Shown: in pieces, positions 54,547 through 64,000 of the stretch
Numbering within the stretch: the first letter of the stretch is position 1
Layout of the letters: each line of letters begins with the position of its first letter
DNA from: Octopus bimaculoides
Lineage: Eukaryota
Assembly: GCF_001194135.2 (NCBI RefSeq)
Contig: NC_068992.1
Span: forward strand, 63,835,456-63,899,455
Direction: 5' to 3'
DNA length: 64,000 nucleotides
The notes under the pieces: model-generated
What the model was told of the DNA's origin: nothing
Databases searched by the model: none
Seen by the model: the letters and a program-made list of their open reading frames with translations, nothing else
Program-made: the position numbers and the translations under genes

Positions 54547-56923
54547 CCCATGTCAGCATGGAAGGCAGATATTAAACGATTATGATTATATATATAAAAC
54601 AAAACCTCATCATCATTGTTTAACATCCGTTTTCCATGCTGGCATGGATTGGACAGTTTTACTGAAGTCTGGAGAGCCAGCAGCTACACCAGACTCCAAT
54701 CTGATCTGGCAAAGTTTCTACAGTTGGATGCCCTTCTTAACACCAACCACTGCGAGAATGTAGTGGGTGCTTTTTATATGCTATCGGCACAGGAGCCAGT
54801 TAGGCGGGCTTAGCATCGATCACTTTCGGCTAGTGCTTTTTACATGGCACCAGCATGGAACCCAGCCAATGGGTTCTGGCATTGGCCATATTCAGTTGGT
54901 GCTTTTTAAAATTTTTTGGTATTATTTATTCACCATTACACATGTTTCATCTGCTAATAGGAAGTACAGAGTTTTACATGTTAGAAGTGTAAGGAATTTT
55001 ACCTTAGGATTTTACCCTACCTACCTAAACTATATATATAATGGACTTCTTTCAGTTTCCATCTACCAAATCCTCTCACAAGGTTTTGGTTGGGTTGGGT
55101 TGGGTCGGGGTTATAGTAGAAGATACTAGCCAAAGGTGTCATGAGATGAGACTGAACCTGAAACCATGTGGTTGGGAAGTAAACTTCATACACACACACA
55201 CACACGTTATGAGTGAGTGTGTGTGTGTGTGTGTGAAACAATACCACACATTATAACAGTATTTAAAATTTTATTTTTGAATACTTGTATCAAGATATTG
55301 AAATATAAGAAGCTGTGTCTTACCACACCTTTTTAAAATTTCTTCCAAGTTGTGGGACATTTTATGTTATATTAGTAACTCCGCCCTTCCTCTTAATATG
55401 GTGGGGATAACAGACATTTCACCTCTATAGCAAGACATCTCTGCTTGTTCTTCTTCAACACCTGGCATAAAGCCACCCCACTCCACACCTCTCAAATACA
55501 CTCTCACTCAGTTGAAAGGGCTTTTCTTTTTTTTCTTTTTCTTTCTTTTTTTTTTTTTTTGCTAGTTACATGGTGACCCCCATTAGTGCAGGTAGTATGA
55601 AAAACAAAATACCTAGTATGCTCTGTAAAGTGGTTGGTGTTAGAAAGGGCATCATCCAGCCATAAAAACCATGCCAAAGAAGGCGGTGGAGCTCGACATT
55701 GTCCTGCAGTTCATTGGATCTTAAACTCTCCAACCCATGCCTGCATAGGAAACTGACGTTTAATGATGATGGTGATGGTGATGGTGATGATGAATTTACT
55801 AAAATAATTTTGTTATTGTTAGCTGGTGAGCTGGCAGAATTGTTAGTGTCAGACGAAGTGCATAGGGGCATTTCATTCAGGTCTTTCTGTTCTGAGTTTG
55901 AATACTGTTGAGGTCAACTTTTCTTTTCATTATTTTTGTGGTTTGATAAAATAAAATATCAGTTAGATACTGGGGTCAATGCAGTCAACTACTCCCTCCC
56001 TTCAAAATTGCTGGTCATTGGCCAGAATTAGAATTTTTAAGCTGGTGTTTGGAACATAAATAGATATGAATTTTTGATGGAAAGTTCTAATTTAGATCAC
56101 TTCAAATCAGGAAGTTTGTATCGGAGAACCAGAGGTGTTTTGAGTCAGATTGCTTACCCCTAGAAAGTATGAAAAATGGCTAATATTTCCTTCCAACTTC
56201 GCTTTTGTTACATTTAATCAAACCCGAAAGAATCCCTCTTAACACATGGCTATGATGCTCCCCTACTACTCCTGCTCATGATCAGAGATGCACATATTGT
56301 CAGCTACTAAGGGTCATGCTTGAATGGTGAACATCAAGCAACTGACAAACAAATCTGTGGTATTGAGCAGAGTATATTCTATAACGATATTTCAGCTTCT
56401 GCAACTTGGTGCTGAATCTGTCTGAAATGTTATGGAAAATAAGTCAATTTCAAAACACTGATGTGCAGGTGACTAAAGCAGAGTTTGAAGGGAATAGTAG
56501 TCCTTTCCTTCGATTTCTAGATTGAAGCAAATAGAAAATAACACTTACTGACCAAAGACAAACAAAATTAAAATTCCGTTACGTAGTGTTTTTATGAGGA
56601 TTAATAATGGAACAATGAACCACTGAAATTTTATAATAAATGGAATATGTGGCATGCCCCTCATTTTACCTGTTGAAAGTTTAGCACTAAAAACGATTTT
56701 CCTTTTATATAAAGAAGAATTTGATTTTTCATTGTTTCTGAGATGTAAGTATGAGTTGCAATAGTGTCCTTACAGATTCTGGTGAATATCTTCTTTTCCA
56801 GGATGAAGAGAGAGTAAACCATTGAGTGTAAACTAATTTTAAAAAATTCCAATCGTTATCGTGTAGTTTATGAAAGCTGTTTCAATTCCAGTTACTCTTT
56901 TGTTCATTTAAATTCATTTTCAG

Positions 56924-57059
56924 GGGCCATGCAGATGGTTATGACAACAGTATTGGGGTTTGTACAGATTTATCTCCCTTGCGGCATGTATGTCCCTATA
57001 CAGCGCGAAGGCAAACCGCCCAATTTCTGGAGGAACATGATAGTTGTTGGGATAATGAG
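56924..57059 (+). CDS. SLC35E2: SLC35E2 coding exon 2 (136 nt; not in the supplied ORF track)
   Basis: ttttcag|GGGCC...ATGAG|gtaaga, phase 1 in and phase 2 out. Encodes (G)AMQMVMTTVLGFVQIYLPCGMYVPIQREGKPPNFWRNMIVVGIM(R), versus human AVQMLSTTVIGCVK...PPNFLMTMLFVGLMR. Confidence 0.93.
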
Positions 57060-57118
57060 GTAAGAAATTATTATTATAATGATGTACTACTAAAATTATT
57101 ATTTACTACTACTACTAC

Positions 57119-57151
<33 letters not shown>

Positions 57152-57357
57152 GGTGGTGAGCTGGTAGAGTTGTTAGCGTGCTGGACAAAATGCTTGGCAG
57201 TATTTTGTTCTGAGTTCAAATTCTGCCGAGGTCAACTTTGCTTTTCATCCTTTTGGGTAGTCGATGAAATCAGTACCAGTTACACACTGGGGTCGATGTT
57301 ATCAACTAGCCCCCCTCCCCCAAAATTTCAGGCCTTGGGCCTCTAGAAAGGATTGTT

Positions 57358-57686
57358 GTTACCTCCACCTTGGCGAAGCAGATGTATTGTTTTCAGTCAT
57401 ATTTGTTTGTCCATGGACAAGATATCTCAAGAACCGCTGGATGGATTCGGATGAAACTTTCAGGGATGTTTGGCCTCGTAGCTGGCATGAATTGATTAGA
57501 TTTTGGGATCGAACTGGACAAGGATTCAGGATTGTTTGTTATATTTGCTTTACATGAAGTATTACAATCTCTGATTATCTTCCTTGAGAGCACGCTCATA
57601 GTTTCCACATAAATTATGGCGGCGTTTCTGTTTCAAAAGTTTTATTTTCATTTCACTATTATTAATTTTACTTGCGTCTCTTAGTA
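57358..57686 (+). mobile_element. Probable Helentron-associated non-autonomous element (HINE/DINE-1-like)
   Basis: Begins TTACCTCCACCTTGGCGAAG...TTTGTTTGTCC...GGATGGATTCGGATGAAACTTTCAGGGATG, resembling the recalled TTACCTCCGCCAAGGAGG-type elements of aquatic animals. Confidence 0.55.
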
Positions 57687-57889
57687 GAAACTGATGGATA
57701 AAGAAATCAAACTACATAAACAAATGGCAGCAAAACCATTCAGAAATTAAATGACACTAACATATTCAGTAACCATAATGAATTTAATTTATCCTCGACA
57801 ATTTTTAGAGTTCAGCAATATATTCCTATATGACTCTGTCTGTGTGTTGCTAATATTGCTTCTTATACAGTAATTTCCACCCAACCTAA

Positions 57890-58168
<279 letters not shown>

Positions 58169-58689
58169 TAAGTCCTTTCTTTTCTGCTCCATGCTATTAT
58201 TAAAATTTTTTTTTGTCCTGTGTCAAAATTTGTGAACATTGTTGGTTACAGGTTTCCAGTGAGCCAATCTCTAATTCAATACATTTCTGAAAAAGAGAAT
58301 ATGACAAGGGAGTGTTTGTAAGACAATACAGAACAATTATCACAAAGGACTTTTGCTTGAAAAAGCACCTGTTTTTCAGTTTTTCTTGTAAATATTTACC
58401 TTTCATTTATAGGCATCAATAAAAGTAATCTATATTCTGTAGTTCTTGAGAAATGATTCCAACAGACATAATTTGAATATTTATAAAGCTGGTGTTCTCA
58501 AACTGGGGTTCTGGTAACCCTTGGGAGTGTTAAATGGCATTTCGGGGTATGCAACAAAAGTGTGAAAGTATATACTTTCTTGAAGTTATTTTTGAGAAGG
58601 AAATTATTAACTAATTCTAAATAAGTGTATTTTGTTGAGCAGATTAAGATCTTTATTATACTCTATATGTAGATTTAAACCTTTAAGAG

Positions 58690-59215
58690 ATTATAATCAA
58701 AGACTATCTCCTCATTTCATGGTGTGCTTTTCATCAGGTGTCAGAAGACATAGCACCCACCAAACAGAAACCTTTGTCGTGATAAGGTCATTATGCAGAA
58801 TATTCTCAATTCTCTCACAGGATCTGCTAATAGCATTGGCTATTTGATTTATAGTCATTCACCTATCATCCGTCACCATGTGATAAACATGATCTATGTT
58901 TTTCTCACTGGTGACACCTGCAAGACGTCGTCCAGACCTTGCTTGGGCCATCTTCAAAGCTCTCTTTCCACTATTGTAGCAAGCATCTCAGCATGAATGT
59001 CCTTGGGGGCTAAATCCTTTCTCTGCATGACTTGATAATGCCATTATGTGAAATTTTGTCCATTTTCAAGAGAAGTTGCTACTACTTACTTTTGAAGTCT
59101 TCTTTGAACAGTCAGATGTCCATTTTTACCTGGAGAGAAACAAAGCAGTTATTAAGAAGAACAGTTGAAATTAATGCATACAAAATTTCACAGCTTTCAC
59201 ACCATTTTTTGATAG
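58690..59215 (-). mobile_element. Mariner transposase relic (N-terminal HTH region)
   Basis: The - strand reads MDKISHNGIIK...PKDIHAEMLAT...ESFEDGP/RSGRR...EKNIDHVYHMVTDDR*MTINQIANAISRSCERIENILHNDL..TKVSVWWVLCLLTPDEK, the mariner WVPxxL region, with stops and frameshifts. Confidence 0.85.
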
Positions 59216-59234
59216 TCAGCCTATGAACTTTTCA

Positions 59235-59268
<34 letters not shown>

Positions 59269-59269
<1 letters not shown>

Positions 59270-59496
59270 ACGGTGGGGCAGGGTGCAAAAGTAGGTATAC
59301 AGTAAGTACCATATCAGTGTTATAATACTTGATTAAAATTATTATCACATTAAATTAGTTGACCTCATTTTTGATATTTTCACTGCCATTAATCCTAATA
59401 TTTTTACCGTAACTTTTAATTTTATTTGATAAAAATAAATGAGTATTGTACATTTTTTATTTTGTCATAACTGTATACCTACTTTTGCACTCGCCC

Positions 59497-59499
<3 letters not shown>
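59269..59499. mobile_element. Tc1/mariner-type MITE between TA/TG microsatellites
   Basis: Perfect 21-bp inverted repeat GTGCAAAAGTAGGTATACAGT (59283-59303) / ACTGTATACCTACTTTTGCAC (59470-59490). Confidence 0.8.
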
Positions 59500-59536
<37 letters not shown>

Positions 59537-59782
59537 CACATACATATATATGTATTCAGGGACATGTAATGCATTTCTTTTGTATACACATACTCATCTG
59601 TATATGCGTATATATGTTTGAGTGTATGTGTCTGTGCTCACTGACATATAAGCTACTTTTATCATTTTATGTATGTCTGAACATGTCTGTATATGCATAC
59701 ATGCACAATATTGAGTGGTTTTATATTGAACATATACATATTATTATTGATATATAATCTACTTTTATTTTATATGTATTTG

Positions 59783-59837
<55 letters not shown>

Positions 59838-62800
59838 TGACCGTTGCCAGTACCGCCTGACTGGCCTTCGTGCGGGTGACACGTAAAAGCACCCACTACA
59901 CTCTCTGAGTGGTTGGCGTTAGGAAGGGCATCCAGCTGTAGAAACTCTGCCAAATTTAGATTGGAGCCTGGTGTTGCCATCCGGTTTCACCAGTCCTCAG
60001 TCAAATCGTCCAACCCATGCCCGCATGGAAAGCGGACGTTAAACGATGATGATGATGATATATATATATATACACACACACACATATACATACATATATA
60101 CTATATCATTATTTTTGTTTTTTTCTTTCCTCCTTTTAACATCCGCTTTTCCATGTTCCCCTGGGCCAGATGGAATTTGTTGAAGCAGATTCTCTACGGC
60201 TGGATGCCTCCTTCCTATCATCAATCCTCTCCCGTATCCTAGTAAGGTGATATTTGCCCATGATTAGACATGATTTCATGGAAAATTGGAAAAGAAATAT
60301 ATATCTTTTGGTTTGTTTGAGGTTTTGAAAAATTTGAAATTATATTGTTGCTATTATGCCAAAGTGTCGTAAGTCCAAAACATTGCTTTTTCAGAAAACA
60401 TAAAAATAGTTTCACCATTCCATAGCAAAATTGTTGTACTACACTATGGCAATTTTTGATATCTTGGCATCTGAAGCATCTGGAGACAATAGTTTGACCA
60501 AAAGAACTGGCTATTGTAAGCAAAAAGAAATATTGGAAAAAACACATTTGGCCAAATTTGGACATACAACACTTTAACATAATAGCAACAATATCTTTTT
60601 AAGACTATCAACTATAAATGAATCTATAAATAATAGATTGTAAAATATTGGGGTCACCTGATCCTGTCTTGCATCCCGCTATCATACTTTACTGTCTCTG
60701 CATCCTTCAAAACTACGTCTCCTACTTAGTGAAGGGCTCTTGTGTTATGAGGAAAATAGTAGCCATTGCACCCTGTAAAGTGGTTCACATTAGGAAGGTC
60801 ATCCAGCCATAGAAACAATGCCAAAACAAATATTGGAACTAGATGCAGTCCTTTGGTTCGTTGGATCTTGTCAAACTATCCAACCTATGCCGGTATGGGA
60901 AGGACATGAAATGATGATGATAAAGTATTTCTTAGTTGGAAAATAAGCCAACAGAATCCCTCACTGAGATTTGAACCACATGTCTTTCAATCCCTGTAGT
61001 TGATTCTGTCCACTTGTTACCCCACCTAAAAGAGGTTTTATCAAACACTTTAATTTAATTTCATTTGCATTCATTTATGTATTTTATTACCCGAGGAGTT
61101 GAACCTCATTGAAATGAATTTGCCAATTTGTTTAATGTGTCATCTAGTTCAACACCACCACCACCACTGCCAGCAGGCCCTTTGGTACCATTAGCAGAAT
61201 TTACTCTGTTACAAGCATTCACACCANNNNNNNNNNNNNNNNNNNNNNNNNNNNNNNNNNNNNNNNNNNNNNATCTGAACATAGTACAATTACCTTTATG
61301 CACAGCTTCCTTTAACTGCAACCCTGATAGAATGAGATGATTGGTACAGCTGTTTAGATGCTGATGATTTTGTGCGGCTGAATGGATATTCAACCTATTT
61401 TTGCAACTGTGTGTAACACTGGAGGCAAACACATGTTCATGCACATGAAGCAACATCTGATGTCAAATAAGTCTGTCGAATTAGCAATGCCAAATAGGTG
61501 GTCCAATAGAGCAAAACGTTTCATACCCACCCATGGGTAGGGTTTTCTTTCTCCTCCTTTTGTCTCCAACAGTCTTGGTGATCCCTGTGCAAAGGTCAAG
61601 GATTATTATTGACTTTCCTTCTAAGCCAAAAACGAAAATAGCAATCCCAGGTAAGTAGGGTGTGTTTTGGGTACCAAACCTGCTGACAATAAAAATAAGG
61701 ATGGATGGTCATGGTAAGAAAGTCAGACACTGACATCATAATCACATTTAATTCAGTTGATTTAGTGGTTGTGTGTGACATCTTGTTTTTGCAGAACTGA
61801 CTGAGGTGGGGGGGGGGGAAATTAATATTTACAACAGCAGCTGTAATAATGATAATAATAATAATAAACTGTCAGATTTATTGATGAATCAAAAATGTTC
61901 AATTATTATTGAATTGTAATGATGTTGATTCTAATTACGTTTTCTCATTGTCATCATCCTCACTTTTGTATTCATTAACAACTCATTGGTCAATATCCTT
62001 ATTATGCTCATTAAGTCTACATTTATCATCTTCATTATCAGGTGTACATTTATAAGTATCATAATAATTACAAAACTATAAACTTGACAATGATTGTCAT
62101 CCTTAAATCTGCATTTATCATAACCATTATTGCATTCATCTTGACTGTCTCTTGTTGGTACATCCTTTATTATTATTATTACAAGTGAGCTGGTGGAACT
62201 GTTAGCATAGCAGACGGAATTCTTTGTGGTGTTTCGCCTGTCTATGTCCTTGGTTCAAATTCTGTTGAAGTCAGCTTTGCCTTTTATCCTTTTGGAGTTG
62301 ATAAAATCAGTATCAGTCAAATACTGTGGCATTCAATTCCTGATCGTAAGATTATGGTTTCAATTCCTGAAGCAGGCAACACATTTGTGTTCTTGAGCAA
62401 AACACTTCATTTCACATTGCTCCAGTCCACTCAGCTGGCAAAAATGAGTGACCCTGCGACAGACCTGCGTCCCATCCAGGTGGGCAAGATACAGGTCATG
62501 GAAACTGGGAAGCGGGCCCTTATGAGTTGATACGACTTGAGAAGGAAGGAAGAAAATGCTGGGGTCAGTGTAACTGGTTTCCCACCTCCCCCTCAAAAAC
62601 TGTTGGTCCTGTGCCAAAATTTGAAACCGTTATTACAAGTGAAACCCATAGAGATCGTAGGGATTTCACTGGTGAACACTGGAGGGGGGGGGCTTTAGTT
62701 GTCTGTTGTTGTGATGATGAAAACAATGGCAAATGGTGAGCAAGAAAGAGAGAGGGAGAGGAAGTTGTGATGGGTATTAGCTGAGGTGGTAACTGAAAGA

Positions 62801-63175
62801 TAGGGTCGGGAGGACCAAGTACAGCACTGACTAATCAATGCAAACATATAATCGTACACATGCATGCCTACACACACACACACACACACACACACATGAA
62901 TATATACAGACATTCCGATAGTTTGTTGTGGTTTTTGTCAGAAGGAAGGAGTTGGCAGCAAACAATTTATTTTGTTAACTGAATTATAAGAAAAGAAAAC
63001 CAATTACAATAAATTGCATGTACTTTAGTGTACTTTAGTGTGAGTAATCTTTGTCACTGCTGCCATCACTTCTGTAACTACCAACAACAATATACAACAG
63101 CTGTTACAACAAATAAGCACTACCACCATTTACCGTTATTGCCTCTTATTTTGTCCTTTTCCTCTGGCTGTCTCT

Positions 63176-63211
<36 letters not shown>

Positions 63212-63420
63212 CCTCTCTCCCTCTCTCAAGTTCCTTCCCTTAGTGTGTGGCATGAAAGGTAAGGAAGAACATACTATTGTATTAACATACAGCTTCAAGA
63301 GCTTCATGATTTAATTACTTTACCTATCATTTCTCATCCCGTCAGTCTTCATCTGTTGTAATCATATCTATCAGGTCTCTCCGATTTCATTCAACTAATT
63401 TCTGTCTTATTCTGTTTCAG

Positions 63421-63474
63421 TTTACAAAATGTTTATTCTAAAATGCTTATCAGTGGTGAAAAATATAGATATAC
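63421..63474 (+). CDS. SLC35E2: SLC35E2 coding exon 4 (54 nt); gene continues beyond window
   Basis: ctgtttcag|TTTACAAAAT...ATAC|gtaagt, phase 2/2. Encodes (C)LQNVYSKMLISGEKYRY(T), versus human CLQNVFSKKLLSGDKYRF. Confidence 0.92.
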
Positions 63475-64000
63475 GTAAGTATGTATAGCATTTTGTTGTT
63501 TTGACTGTCATATTTCTTGCTGGTTGTGCACAGATGCACGTTTTCCAGTCATAACTTTAAGACTGGCATAAAATATTAGGAGTGGTTTGAGGTAAGGGAA
63601 GAGGAAATATCAATTGAGGTGGGGGGGGGGGTCTGCAAACTGTAATTTGACTCTTGTGGGTAGCTTGGGTAGACGTTAGAGGTTGTGGGAAAACCTCTAG
63701 AAACATATTCTATTTGTTGTTGTGTCAGTAATATATTGGAGAGAAGATAAATGGTGATATATCAGCTGATTCAAGGTATTATTCATGGGATCAGATCCCT
63801 TTCCATCTGACTGGAGAAACATCCATCTGTACCCAATAACATACAAGTGAGCACCGGATCCAATTGCAGTCAGCTGTACCCTTTTGGGTACAAGCAAAAA
63901 AGATTCCCCCACCAGCCTGGAATTATGCAAGATACTGTATTGTCACCAGGAATCTTGCTATCTTCAGGTCAGGGACTTTTTACAAGAATAAATACACCTA

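Noticed and set aside
61106-61599. ORFs around the 61227-61272 gap
   Set aside because: Only a faint resemblance to a LINE endonuclease; spans Ns; not supportable.
63697-63930. 77-codon minus-strand ORF near the window end
   Set aside because: No homology recognised; lies antisense in an SLC35E2 intron; not the expected next exon (PAELQFY-like).

Overview
Repeat-rich, AT-rich eukaryotic genomic DNA, almost certainly octopus. This is inferred from the SINE and RTE families and dense (TA)n/(CA)n/(GATA)n microsatellites. Five N gaps. One clearly recognisable gene: SLC35E2 (triose-phosphate-transporter-like SLC35E family) on the + strand. Its four coding exons (45679-45943, 56924-57059, 57919-58167, 63421-63474) splice in frame and the gene continues past the window end. 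A GC-rich promoter and first UTR exon probably lie at about 22.2-22.66 kb. The rest is tRNA-derived SINEs, 5'-truncated RTE LINEs, mariner/Tc1 relics, piggyBac/hAT/Tc1-type MITEs, a foldback element and a Helentron-type element. Two observations stand out. (1) A candidate unannotated 3-exon, 66-codon gene on the - strand (15148->13555) with phase-compatible GT-AG introns, an ETS+Inr promoter signature, an AUG-free 5' UTR and a poly(A) signal. (2) A 70-bp-arm palindrome in an SLC35E2 intron (54354-54504) that folds into a minimal type-I hammerhead ribozyme with a non-canonical CCGAUGA core, as expected of a Penelope-like element remnant. Most ORFs in the supplied track are microsatellite, gap or repeat artefacts. 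No CRISPR, rRNA or true tRNA gene was seen.
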